NCBI RefSeq assembly: GCF_006345805.1 | Contig: NC_042999.1 | Location: forward strand, 132,432,001-132,496,000 | DNA from: Octopus sinensis | Taxonomy: Eukaryota | DNA: 64,000 bases | Direction of reading: 5' to 3' | Position numbers and translations under genes: made by a program | Notes under the pieces: model-generated | Databases searched by the model: none | Told to the model about the DNA's origin: nothing | What the model saw: only the letters and a program-made list of their open reading frames with translations | In this document: one piece after another, positions 1-11,461 of the stretch | How positions within the stretch are numbered: the stretch's first letter is position 1 | How the letters are laid out: each line of letters starts with the position of its first letter

Positions 1-384
1 AACAGGGATGAATGCTCTTTGCAAAGACGAACTATTCAAGGGAAATAACTTTCTGTTCTCATTTAGTTATCTACCTTTATCCGTAGCGGTTATGATATAC
101 ATCTCTACCTTATGGTGTCTTTACATCTTTCATCTTTCTATTTGTTTTAGTCATTGGACTGCGACCATACTGGGGCATTGCCTTGAAGGTTTATAGTCCC
201 ACGAATCGGCCCCCATACTTATTTTTTAAAGCGTAGTTCATATGCTTTCATGTCTCTTATGCCGAATCGCGCCAAGTTACTGGGGCATACTACTCCTAGC
301 ACACACGCGCGCGCACACACACACACAGACACACACACACGCGCGCACGCACGCTCACACACACATACACACACACGTATATAT

Positions 385-545
385 TCTTTTACTCTTTTAC
401 TCGCTTCAGTCATTTGACTGCGGCCTTTCTGGAGCACCACCTGAAAGGGTTTTAGTCGAAGAAATCGATCTCAGGGCTTATTCTTTGTAAACTTTGTACT
501 TATTCTATCAATCTCTGTTGCCGAACAGCTAAGTTACAGGGACAT
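385..545 (-). mobile_element. tRNA-type SINE, partial
   Basis: 'tcagtcatttgactgcggcc...ctggagcacc...aaatcgatc...ttattctttgta...ccgaacagctaagttacagggac' recurs at 7800, 8365, 14030, 14550 and 26730, and in reverse at 2620-2770. Confidence 0.75.
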
Positions 546-1359
546 AATATAAACACACACACACACAAATCCAAAGAATGGAACAAGAACGCAACAGGTG
601 ACAATAAAACATCCGGACAGATAGACAATACAAAGATGGAAAGGAAAAACAACAAACTGATGGACAGGAAAAGATAAGGACGGGTCATTCGCAGCCTTCT
701 CTCATCAGTCAAGTTTCCAGATTATCCTTACAGTTTCGGCTGGTTATACTTGAGACTGTTCAAATCTGGCTGACCCTAAAAATCTAAGCTAAGAGCATTA
801 CATTTTTGGGGAGAAAGCAAGCAAATTTGTACAACAACAAAGACAAAGAATGAAGAACATGTTACACAATTACAAATACAAACACCAAGAAAATAACAAC
901 AGGTATCTTTCAACTAATAAGGACGAATCAAGTTGAGCTGGCATGTGTATTATAAAAGCCTTGAGGCAGGCACATAGGAGAACATAAGAGATAAAAGTAA
1001 TGAGACAGGAATATAACAGATGCTTCGAGACCGGCAATCGAACCAAGATATAAAGATCATGCTTGGCCGAGCATCAGTTATGTGGAAGGAAAGGAGAGAA
1101 GTAGGGGCAAAGGGATTGAAGAATTAGGGGAAGATCAAGAAAGAGAGGAAATAAAAAAAAGACATAGAGATAGGTACAAGAGAAATAAACGAGGAGGGAA
1201 AGTGGGGAGATTAAAGAAAAAGAAGGTCAAGAAATGTGAGCAAGAAAAGAAGTAAGAAAGAAAAAAGTATGAGGAGGACTAAAAGAAAGAGTAAAAGAGT
1301 CGTACAGAATTTAGATACATACTTACTTACAAGGTGAGCAAAAGTGTACGTATGCCACT

Positions 1360-1460
1360 ATATCTCTATATATAAACGGCAAAATGTCTGTGTGTGTCCT
1401 TTATACAAATCCACAATTTTTCAGTTAGAGGGCTTGCACTTTCTATGGTCATTCAAAACC
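1360..1460 (+). mobile_element. Possible non-autonomous Helitron 5' end fragment
   Basis: 'tctctatatataaacggcaaaatgtctgtgtgtgtcc' resembles the TC-(TA)n-AAA...TGTCTGTG starts seen on the minus strand at ~22525 and ~23650. Confidence 0.4.
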
Positions 1461-2390
1461 TTTGTAGAAGAAGGAACGAAGGCAGCCGAGAAGGCGGAGG
1501 ACTCCTCAAAGAAGGGCCGCAAGAGGAAGAAGATGCGGAACCAAGGGTGCTCACCGAAGGATCCTAGGGATGAGGGAGGGGAGGCGAATCTCCCGGTTGC
1601 GGAGGAGACGCACCTTCCCTCAGTTGAGAAGAAAAAAAGAGGAAGAGGAAGAGAAACAGGACATTGCCGGCAGTCAGTGACATAGCACCGGAATGTCCCG
1701 GAACCCTGCCGGTAGGGGTTGCGCCACCGGCAGGGGAAGAGACACCGTTGGGGGGAATTGAGCCGCCAACGGTAGAATTGACTACCTCGAACCTGGAGGA
1801 AGACGAACTTGGTCTTCTACAGAGGCGGAGAGGTGGAAAAGGTGGTGGAAAAGCACGGTAAGGGAGTACCTTTAACCTTCAGACAGGATCCCGAATGGCC
1901 TCCGCAGATAGCTGTGGAGGTCATAACGTTGCCCGTTACGCATAGGCTGCAGGGACTCAATGAGGAATATCGCTTGTGGCCGGGCGACGCCGACTCGGAT
2001 GCCGCCTTAGTCTTGAATGAGGCGTGGGTGATGGAGGAGTATACGAGCACAAGCGATGTTGGGGAGGAATAGTGACAAGAGGTTGAAATGCGTCAGTGTT
2101 ATAATGTTTATTGTATAATGTTTGATGTTTATTGTGTTATTGTGTTTAAGAGTCTTAACGCCCCAATTTTTAAATGGACCATTAGTCCAATAATTGTAAA
2201 ACTGAAGTAAGAGGTTCAATACCTTGTTTTGTCTTTTTCCTGTGAAAAAAAAAAAAATTTGGAGAAGCAAAAAATCGGCAGGCGTTTTTTGTCTTCTCCC
2301 TTTAATATCATCCTTTTCATCATTCACCTTATCAGTGCTTTTGTCCAGCCCGCAAGCTACTCTGTGTCATGCCTTTATGGCAAAATTTTT
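1461..2390 (+). mobile_element. GC/purine-rich probable non-LTR retroelement-derived fragment (unassigned)
   Basis: Abrupt GC-rich island with overlapping Lys/Glu/Pro-rich short ORFs (1344-2072) and a T-rich 3' region; no diagnostic domain recognised. Confidence 0.3.
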
Positions 2391-2399
2391 GAAGTAAAG

Positions 2400-2790
2400 T
2401 AGCTTGCTTACTAACAACATGGTTCCGGATTCAGTCCCACTGCGTGGCACCTTGGGCAAGTGTCTTCTACTATAGCCTCGGGCCGATCAAAGCCTTGGGA
2501 GTGGATTTGGTAGACGGAAACCGAAAGAAACTCGTCGTATATATGTATATATGTATATATATATATATGTGTGTGTATATGTTTGTGTGTCTGTGTTTGT
2601 CCCCGCAACATCGCTTGACAACCGATGGTGTTGTGTTTACGTCCCCGTAACTTAGCGGTTCGGCAAAAGAGACCGATAGAGTAAGTACTAGGCTTCCAAA
2701 GAATAAGTCCTGGGATCGATTTGCCCGACTAAAGGCGGTGCTCTAGCATGGCCACAGTCAAATGACTGAAACAAGTAAACGAGAGTAAAT
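2400..2790 (+). mobile_element. tRNA-type SINE containing the left breakpoint of the tandem duplication
   Basis: 'ggttccggattcagtcccactgcgtggcaccttgggcaagtgtcttctactatagcctcggg...' with an internal (TA/TG)n and a 'gactgaaacaagtaaa' tail. Confidence 0.8.
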
Positions 2791-3374
2791 AGAGTAAAGA
2801 GTAGAATGAACAAATTAAGTTGCTTCAGAGGGGCTGCTCCGAACAAGGGGCCCTGAAGCTTAAGCTTCATTAGTTTATGGTAGTTTTATGGTTACTGCCT
2901 GACCCACAGATATATTTCCTCTCTACCTACGCTTCTACCGTTATTCCTATGAACTTAACCCGTTAGAACTACCTGGTCATGTACCACTTCCACTCAGACG
3001 ATCTCTAGTCTCTCATTAATCCGCATTAACTAAACCAGAACCACTAAATATTGTTTAATATAATGGTTTCTCATTTAGGCACAAGATCAATAATTTTGAG
3101 GGGATTCCGATGTTCTAATGGTAATATAACTCGTAAAACATATGTAAATTAGTTTGTACAAATAGGGTGCGCACTAACATTTGTACAAATAGGTTTTCTA
3201 TAACATAAGCCAGACTATAACGTTAAACAGTCTCGGTCGAAATCTCGTCCACTACTTTTATTCATACACCCTATTCTCCCTCTAACTAAAAAATGTCTCA
3301 ATTCAAATTAAAACTGAACGAAATTGTTTTCTAGGAAATAATTGTGGATTGGAGGAGAGGAAGGTTAGCGAGCG

Positions 3375-3382
3375 TATAAAAG
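3375..3382 (+). promoter_or_regulatory. Putative TATA box of Sushi gene copy 1
   Basis: TATAAAAG 106 nt upstream of ATG 3481. Confidence 0.55.
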
Positions 3383-3480
3383 GCGCACTAAAGTATACAT
3401 TGAAATTAAAACGAGCAAGCAGCTACACTTTAAAAATCATAATCCTTTTCATGAAAGAAAAAGTTCATTGAAACAGAGAG

Positions 3481-4968
3481 ATGATATCCAGAACATTTTT
3501 TTTCCTTTTCTTAATTATATTAACAGTGAAAAGTGAAAATAATACGTTTGGAAATGTTATGAAAACGATTGTGTCGGAATACAGTAATTCGACGTCAACT
3601 GACAACAACTATGCTGCGTGGTTTTTTGAACAAATGATAAAGCTTCTAAACTGCGGTCCTTTACCGAAATTAAACAACAGTCAAATACAATATACTTTGA
3701 AATGGGAAGAGGAAAAAATACACCTGCAACAAAAGTGCAACCGCTATTATGAAGCAAGCGTAGAGAATACAGCCGATATTATTTGTTGGAATGGTAAATG
3801 GATGTATGAAGATAGAAAATGTAAGTTAATAACTTGCCCGATTTTTCCTAAACCTGCAAACAGTTTCATGATAAATGTTGCATACACATATAACTCTGTT
3901 ATTCGCTTTTCCTGTGTTTCTGATTATATTTTGCGAGGAAACAATACAATACGTTGTCAAGAAAATAAACAGTGGTCGTCTCTACCACCAATCTGTGAAA
4001 TTGTTAAATGTCTCCCACCGAACCCACCCAAACATGGCAAGGTAAACAATACAAATGAAGTTGAAATTAACGAAACAATTCACTACAGTTGCTTAAAACC
4101 TTATAATCTGAAAGGTGAATCTGTATTAACTTGTCTTCAAGGCGGTAGCTGGAGCTTTCCGGCACCTGTCTGCATTTTGAAATGTGTTGTACCTGAAATT
4201 GCTGGCAGAGTTGTGACTATTTCTGAAGGTACAATTTTAAAACCAAGAACCTTAATCAATCAAGGAGAGAAAGTGTTATATTCGTGCAAACGATCCTTCA
4301 TTCCTGTCGCATTTGGAGTCGTTCAATGCTTGTCAGGTAAATGGTATCCAGACATACTTTGCAGAAAAACGTGCAAAATTGAGAAACTACATGGATTAAA
4401 TTATATTTTGTCACATAATTTTTCAGTTATTGAATATAGCTGTTCAGCAGGAGAAACATTGTTGGGAGATTCTAAAAGGACCTGTTTAGAAAATGGAACG
4501 TGGAGTGGAAAACTTCCACAGTGTGTAAAGTACTGTCAATTGTTACCCGTGTTTGGCATATACAGCTACCGAAATTCAGACACTTTGCAATATCTTCCAT
4601 TTGGCAGCACAGTCTTAGAAAATACGAATATTATGTATTCATGTGAACTTCCTTATGTGAAGAGCTCAAGTAAGAATGTGATGTGTCGTAATGGCATTTT
4701 GACCCCCAAACCACGCTGTTCATTTAGAGATATTCAGTTGATAAATTCTGAAGTCAGTTTTACTCATTTATCGTCAAACTATTATGTTTGTAAAACAAAA
4801 TACACTTGCGAATTTTTTGGTTACAGACGGAAATCATGCAACTATAATAAGTGTCAATATTATGCAAACGCTCGATGTGTCCAACTAGGCTTTAACAATG
4901 CAACATCAGAAATGTATATTAGTGCAAAGACTACTAATTGTTGTGCTATGCAATGTTATGATGATTAA
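3481..4968 (+). CDS. Intronless secreted Sushi/CCP (SCR) repeat protein, 495 aa, copy 1
   Basis: Hydrophobic N-terminus (MISRTFFFLFLIILTVKS). Six C..C..C..W..C modules at aa ~58-114, 119-172, 177-231, 235-294, 298-348 and 352-413 (the sixth lacks the Trp). 8-Cys C-terminal module at aa 437-492. Nine N-x-S/T sequons. No transmembrane segment. Uninterrupted 1.49-kb ORF in AT-rich DNA. Confidence 0.9.
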   Translation: MISRTFFFLFLIILTVKSENNTFGNVMKTIVSEYSNSTSTDNNYAAWFFEQMIKLLNCGPLPKLNNSQIQYTLKWEEEKIHLQQKCNRYYEASVENTADIICWNGKWMYEDRKCKLITCPIFPKPANSFMINVAYTYNSVIRFSCVSDYILRGNNTIRCQENKQWSSLPPICEIVKCLPPNPPKHGKVNNTNEVEINETIHYSCLKPYNLKGESVLTCLQGGSWSFPAPVCILKCVVPEIAGRVVTISEGTILKPRTLINQGEKVLYSCKRSFIPVAFGVVQCLSGKWYPDILCRKTCKIEKLHGLNYILSHNFSVIEYSCSAGETLLGDSKRTCLENGTWSGKLPQCVKYCQLLPVFGIYSYRNSDTLQYLPFGSTVLENTNIMYSCELPYVKSSSKNVMCRNGILTPKPRCSFRDIQLINSEVSFTHLSSNYYVCKTKYTCEFFGYRRKSCNYNKCQYYANARCVQLGFNNATSEMYISAKTTNCCAMQCYDD

Positions 4969-5623
4969 TGTACATAAAATTTATGTTTGTTCTTGCTTGC
5001 AATCTTTACATTCAGTTATGACATCGCATAACATTCAGTTATGACAACGTAATGGAAGTCGTTGTACTTACGCATATGTGCTTGTTCCTGACATTTATCG
5101 TAATATATATAATTGGAAACAGACGTAAAATTTAAATTCGCCTTATAAACCGGCCTTTCAGTCAAAATGTACACATCAGTAAACTGAGAAGACATTTTTA
5201 ACAACTTAAAATTGCATTCGTTGTGGCACTCAAGTATCACGGGGATCTTTGATACTAATTTCTATTTATCACGTCCCAGGAGGGTATGTTTTCAAGAGAA
5301 AGTATTTGAACTTGACCGTCAATTCCAAGATCAGTGTAGTATAATTCATATGAGTTTTATATTTGTTATTGGCGCTCTCTTTGCCACTTCCCCTCTCTCA
5401 TTGCTGAGTGCTTTCATGTGTTTACACAAATAGATTATTATAATATTATTTGGCCCCGTGCCGACAAAAATGACGGCTAACTGGGTAATTTTTCAGAGTA
5501 ACACCTGCACGATTTACGCAAAGAAAAAAAAAAAGAAAACTCGGATTTTTTTGCTTGGAATCAAGTACACTGTCCTCCTAATATGCTGCAAATCCCTTAT
5601 TTTGGTTCGAGAATAGTTTGTTT

Positions 5624-5629
5624 AATAAA
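5624..5629 (+). promoter_or_regulatory. Candidate polyadenylation signal, copy 1 (copy 2 equivalent at 12114-12119)
   Basis: AATAAA ~655 nt after the stop, inside a block also conserved in the inverted paralog region (47246-47251, minus strand). Confidence 0.35.
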
Positions 5630-6035
5630 ATGGAGATTATGATTTTGAAAAAAAAAAAATTCCTTTTCCAGTATTTGATTTCTTTATTTTTAAAATTTCT
5701 TTTGTTTTTATTTAACTTTCCTTCAAAAGATTTTCTGCTTCATGTACTAAACAAGCAAGATTGTGATTGAGAAATAAAAATCCAAATTTTAATATTTTGA
5801 TTTTATTCTTTCCTTCTCTAATTTTGATAGTTTTTTTTTCTTTCTGACTATTGTTTCGGAAACGTTTCCCAGACTCACTCCTTCAAACAGATTTAGACGT
5901 AAAATATTACGGTTATGCGAAAATAGAATTTTTACAAATTCAGCAGCTTCATCGGATTTGGTGTATTTTAAAACATAGCTGCTCACAAATACATGCGTGC
6001 GCACATGTAATCGTGTGTGTGTGTGCACGAGTGTG

Positions 6036-6093
<58 letters not shown>

Positions 6094-7794
6094 TCTATAT
6101 CCAAATTGAAGGAGTAGAGCAGGTAGTATCCTGGCTACATATGTTTCTTATCTAGCAGATCCTCTGATATAACAATAACGAGGGGTACGCAACTATCTAC
6201 GCATCTGGCTGATGAGACCTTAATTATATAATGGTTACATTGACGATACGGAATTTCGAGTTAGGTCGCTGAAGATAAAATTTGAAACTTTCAAATTTGT
6301 TTCTTCCTGCGAGTTAACTTGGGATTCTATATCGACAATGTGACCTTTACCCAATTAAGGTACCTTCACCCTAATAAATAGGTAGCTGAGTACCCGTCGT
6401 TGAGTAACTATCATAACAGGATCTGAAGAAATATATGTAGCTTGGATTTTACACACACACACACATATACTCACTCAGTCGAAGCACTTGATTTTTTTTT
6501 ACCGTACGACTTCCATCATCCCACTACCAAGTTGGCCATCACCCCATCCTTTCTCATTCAGATGTTGCGACGGAGAAAGGCACAAACTTCCATTACCCAC
6601 TACCAAGTTTGCCATCACCCTTTCCTTCCTTATTCATCTATAAACCCCTCCCTTTCTCATTCATATGTTGTGATGGAGAAATACACATCAGCTTATCGAA
6701 CCTCGATATGAGAAAAGCCAACAACCTTCGACGGCAACAAATAATTATCGTTCCTGTTGATCCAGAACGTTGTTTTAATACCTACCATGGACTGCTCGAA
6801 GCTTATAAACTTTCTACACGGATCTCGTGTACACACACACGCACGCACACACACACACACACACACACGCACACACGCACGCACGCACGCACGCACGCTC
6901 GCACTACGCGCGCACATATCAAAACAGAAGTGTGGCAAAAATTTCTTGATATAATTTATTTTCACACGTTAAAAATTGTACATGTAGTATAAACATGAAA
7001 AGAAATAACCTGTTACAAAATTTTTAGACAGAGGATCAAATAATCCAAAATTTACATTTGGTTGAAGCGCTTTGTATATAGTTAGTTATTAATCAAGATT
7101 CGTATAGATAACTGGGATATATATCTCTCTATATTAGAATTCTGAAATGCGAAAAGTTAGTTTGTCTGGTTTTGGCATTGAGAACGGGTTAAAGGCCACT
7201 AGATCCCGTCGGATTGACTCCAAAATTTACAGGGACATGTAAAATGAGGTGAGGATGCGAGTGGGCTAGGTCAGGAATCCCCATCTTAAAAGGTGTCGTT
7301 GCTAGGGCCAAAAACGCACTTTGACAAGTCTACTCTCATTCTTTTATGTATCTGTCTTACTCCATCACTCACTCTCTTTCCTCCCTTCCTTTCACGTTCT
7401 ATGTATAACGACGTTTCACAGCGTCTACCTCCCTTCCCTTCCCTTCACTTTGTCTTTATAACGTCGTTTCACAGCGTCATATATCTCCCCCTCCCCGCCT
7501 TCGACAACGCTTTCACACTCTCTCTCTTTACGTCTGTCTGCATTCATAGAGAGAGAATTTTCATCGCCACCACCACCACACAATCATGAGAACAAATATT
7601 ATGAATCAGATATTTATTGGGTTAATTTATATATGTGTGTGTGTTCTATATATAAATATGTATATATAATGTATATATACAAAGTGTATATATCTGTGTA
7701 TATATATATATATATATAATTGGTATACATTTATATATATACCACACTCTTACCCGCGCGTAGATCGGGTCACCTTAAGCTAGTATGTATATAT

Positions 7795-8169
7795 TATTTT
7801 GTTTCAGTCATTTGACTGTGGCGATGGTGGAGCACCGCCTTTAGTCGAACAAATCGACCCTAGGACTTATTCTTTGTAGCCCAAGTATTTAATCTATAGG
7901 GCTCAAGTGAGCGAACTGCTAAGTTACGGGGATGTAAACACACCAATATCGGTTGTCAAGCGATTTGGGGGACAAACACAGATATATGACTGCACGCACG
8001 GGCACACGCACGACGGGCTTCTTTCAGTTTTCATCTATTAAATCCAGCCACAAGGCTTTGGTTGGTTCGGGGCTGTAGAAGAAGACACTTGCTCAACGTG
8101 CCGCGCAGTGTGACTGAACTTGGAACCATATAGTTGGGAAGCAAGCTTCTTATCACACAGCAACGCCTG

Positions 8170-8217
<48 letters not shown>

Positions 8218-8720
8218 ACACACACACACACACACACAAACAAAACCGAAATAACGTACACAAGGCTTGCGTGTGCTGTTGGTTCGTGAGTCGGCTGCAG
8301 TTTAGGTGTAAGAAAATATATTCTCAATGCGGCTGTTGTTAAAAACACCTTTTACTCTTTTACTTGTTTCAGTTTTTTGACTGCGGCTATGCTGGAGCAC
8401 CGCCTTTAGTCGAGCAAATCGACCCCAGGACATATTCTTTGTAAGCCTGGTACTTATTCTATCGGTCTCTTTTGCCGAACCGCTAAGTTCCGGGGACGTA
8501 AACACACCAGCATTTTGTTGTCAAGCGATGTTGGAGGTCAGACACACACACACACATACGCACACACACACACAGACATAGATACGACGGTCTTCTTTCA
8601 ATTTCCGTCTACCAAACCCACTCACAAGGCTTTGATCAGCTCGAGGCTATAGTAGAAGAGACTTGCTCAAGGTGTCACGCAGTGGGACTGACGGCTGGTA
8701 AGCAAGCTACTTACCACACA
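7795..8720 (-). mobile_element. Two adjacent tRNA-type SINEs (unit 1)
   Basis: Two 'tttcagt..ttgactg..ggagcaccgcctttagtcga..aaatcgacc' bodies with (CA)n, at ~7800-8165 and ~8365-8720. Confidence 0.75.
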
Positions 8721-9429
8721 GCCGCTCCTGCAAGTAATTCCCAAGCAAGCAAGATAACACACATCATGTCCCTTCTCGGAGTGATAGACATCGATGTTGC
8801 GTCATTGTTGTAACTTTTCAATGCCGCGTACCGAACGAGACTTGCTGCAAGCTAAATCGCCGACTATTACTATATGCTAGAAACTCGTCGTATATATGTA
8901 TATATGTATATATATATATGTGTGTGTGTATATGTTTGTGTGTCTGTGTTTGTCCCCGCAACATCGCTTGACAACCGATGGTGTAGTGTTTACGTCCCCG
9001 TAACTTAGCAGTTCGGCAAAAGAGACCGACAGAGTAAGTACTAGGCTTCCAAAGAATAAGTCCTGGGATCGATTTGCCCGACTAAAGGCGGTGCTCTAGC
9101 ATGGCCACAGTCAAATGACTGAAACAAGTAAACGAGAGTAAATAGAGTAAAGAGTAGAATGAACAAATTAAGTTGCTTCAGAGGGGCTGCTCCGAACAAG
9201 GGGCCCTGAAGCTTAAGCTTCATTAGTTTATGGTAGTTTTATGGTTACTGCCTGACCCACAGATATATTTCCTCTCTACCTACGCTTCTACCGTTATTCC
9301 TATGAACTTAACCCGTTAGAACTACCTGGTCATGTACCACTTCCACTCAGACGATCTCTAGTCTCTCATTAATCCGCATTAACTAAACCAGAACCACTAA
9401 ATATTGTTTAATATAATGGTTTCTCATTT

Positions 9430-9600
9430 AGGCACAAGATCAATAATTTTGAGGGGATAGCGATGAGTCGGTTGCATTGACCACAGTATTTATATGGTAT
9501 TTTATTCTGTCGACCCCGAAAGGATGACAGGCAAAAATGATCTTGGCGTGATTTGAATTCAGAACGTATAAAGACAGAACAATTACTATAAGGAATTTAT
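9430..9600 (-). mobile_element. Old SINE remnant upstream of copy 2; its 9459-9600 part is absent from copy 1
   Basis: 'cgaccccgaaaggatgacaggcaaaaatgatcttggcgtgatttgaattcagaacgta' matches the SINE at 60868-61064. Confidence 0.7.
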
Positions 9601-9870
9601 TCCGATGTTCTAATGGTAATATAACTCGTAAAACATATGTAAATTAGTTTGTACAAATAGGGTGCGCACTAACATTTGTACAAATAGGTTTTCTATAACA
9701 TAAGCCAGACTATAACGTTAAACAGTCTCGGTCGAAATCTCGTCCACTACTTTTATTCATACACCCTATTCTCCCTCTAACTAAAAAATGTCTCAATTCC
9801 AAATTAAAACTGAACGAAATTGTTTTCTAGGAAATAATTGTGGATTGGAGGAGAGGAAGGTTAGCGAGCG

Positions 9871-9878
9871 TATAAAAG
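9871..9878 (+). promoter_or_regulatory. Putative TATA box of Sushi gene copy 2
   Basis: TATAAAAG 106 nt upstream of ATG 9977. Confidence 0.55.
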
Positions 9879-9976
9879 GCGCACTAAAGTATACATTGAA
9901 ATTAAAACGAGCAAGCAGCTACACTTTAAAAATCATAATCCTTTTCATGAAAGAAAAAGTTCATTGAAACAGAGAG

Positions 9977-11461
9977 ATGATATCCAGAACATTTTTTTTC
10001 CTTTTCTTAATTATATTAACAGTGAAAAGTGAAAATAATACGTTTGGAAATGTTATGAAAACGATTGTGTCGGAATACAGTAATTCGACGTCAACTGACA
10101 ACAACTATGCTGCGTGGTTTTTTGAACAAATGATAAAGCTTCTAAACTGCGGTCCTTTACCGAAATTAAACAACAGTCAAATACAATATACTTTGAAATG
10201 GGAAGAGGAAAAAATACACCTGCAACAAAGGTGCAACCGCTATTATGAAGCAAGCGTAGAGAATACAGCCGATATTATTTGTTGGAATGGTAAATGGATG
10301 TATGAAGATAGAAAATGTAAGTTAATAACTTGCCCGATTTTTCCTAAACCTGCAAACAGTTTCATGATAAATGTTGCATACACATATAACTCTGTTATTC
10401 GCTTTTCCTGTGTTTCTGATTATATTTTGCGAGGAAACAATACAATACGTTGTCAAGAAAATAAACAGTGGTCGTCTCTACCACCAATCTGTGAAATTGT
10501 TAAATGTCTCCCACCGCATCCACCCAAACATGGCAAGGTAAACAATACAAATGAAGTTGAAATTAACGAAACAATTCACTACAGTTGCTTAAAACCTTAT
10601 AATCTGAAAGGTGAATCTGTATTAACTTGTCTTCAAGGCGGTAGCTGGAGCTTTCCGGCACCTGTCTGCATTTTGAAATGTGTTGTACCTGAAATTGCTG
10701 GCAGAGTTGTGACTATTTCTGAAGGTACAATTTTAAAACCAAGAACCTTAATCAACCAAGGAGAGAAAGTGTTATATTCGTGCAAACGATCCTTCATTCC
10801 TGTCGCATTTGGTGTCGTTCAATGCTTGTTAGGTAAATGGTATCCAGACATACTTTGCAGAAAAACGTGCAAAATTGAGAAACTACATGGATTAAATTAT
10901 ATTTTGTCACATAATTTTTCAGTTATTGAATATAGCTGTTCAGCAGGAGAAACATTGTTGGGAGATTCTAAAAGGACCTGTTTAGAAAATGGAACGTGGA
11001 GTGGAAAACTTCCACAGTGTGTAAAGTACTGTCAATTGTTACCCGTGTTTGGCATATACAGCTACCGAAATTCAGACACTTTGCAATATCTTCCATTTGG
11101 CAGCACAGTCTTAGAAAATACGAATATTATGTATTCATGTGAACTTCCTTATGTGAAGAGCTCAAGTAAGAATGTGATGTGTCGTAATGGCATTTTGACC
11201 CCCAAACCACGCTGTTCATTTAGAGATATTCAGTTGATAAATTCTGAAGTCAGTTTTACTCATTTATCGTCAAACTATTATGTTTGTAAAACAAAATACA
11301 CTTGCGAATTTTTTGGTTACAGACGGAAATCATGCAACTATAATAAGTGTCAATATTATGCAAACGCTCGATGTGTCCAACTAGGCTTTAACAATGCAAC
11401 ATCAGAAATGTATATTAGTGCAAATACTACTAATTGTTGTGCTATGCAATGTTATGATTAA
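9977..11461 (+). CDS. Intronless secreted Sushi/CCP repeat protein, 494 aa, copy 2
   Basis: Differs from copy 1 by K85R, N181H, S285L, K483N and loss of the terminal Asp; synonymous changes seen at N260 and G279. Confidence 0.9.
   Translation: MISRTFFFLFLIILTVKSENNTFGNVMKTIVSEYSNSTSTDNNYAAWFFEQMIKLLNCGPLPKLNNSQIQYTLKWEEEKIHLQQRCNRYYEASVENTADIICWNGKWMYEDRKCKLITCPIFPKPANSFMINVAYTYNSVIRFSCVSDYILRGNNTIRCQENKQWSSLPPICEIVKCLPPHPPKHGKVNNTNEVEINETIHYSCLKPYNLKGESVLTCLQGGSWSFPAPVCILKCVVPEIAGRVVTISEGTILKPRTLINQGEKVLYSCKRSFIPVAFGVVQCLLGKWYPDILCRKTCKIEKLHGLNYILSHNFSVIEYSCSAGETLLGDSKRTCLENGTWSGKLPQCVKYCQLLPVFGIYSYRNSDTLQYLPFGSTVLENTNIMYSCELPYVKSSSKNVMCRNGILTPKPRCSFRDIQLINSEVSFTHLSSNYYVCKTKYTCEFFGYRRKSCNYNKCQYYANARCVQLGFNNATSEMYISANTTNCCAMQCYD

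Larger units (their letters stand above)
2526..8879. repeat. Tandem segmental duplication, unit 1 (~6.35 kb)
   Basis: Colinear with 8879-15066; starts 'agaaactcgtcgtat' and ends 'gactattactatatgcta'. Confidence 0.95.

Noticed and set aside
670-715. Minus-strand CTGATGA near 702-708
   Set aside because: Followed by GAAU with no convincing stems I-III; not called a hammerhead.
6209-6270. CTGATGA followed by a GACCT/AGGTC stem (also at 12704)
   Set aside because: The stem is followed by GCTG rather than GAAA, no stem I/III could be built, and the homolog at ~44.27 kb lacks the motif.
5016-7589. Short ORFs repeated in both duplication units (e.g. 5016-5240, 5212-5433, 7293-7589)
   Set aside because: Their recurrence is explained by the recent duplication; the frames are not preserved in the diverged homologous blocks.
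3481-11461. Viral origin of the intronless CCP genes (poxvirus-type complement control protein)
   Set aside because: No viral genes or viral gene density nearby; the flanks are ordinary host repeats. Retroposition is simpler, though only a phylogeny could exclude it.
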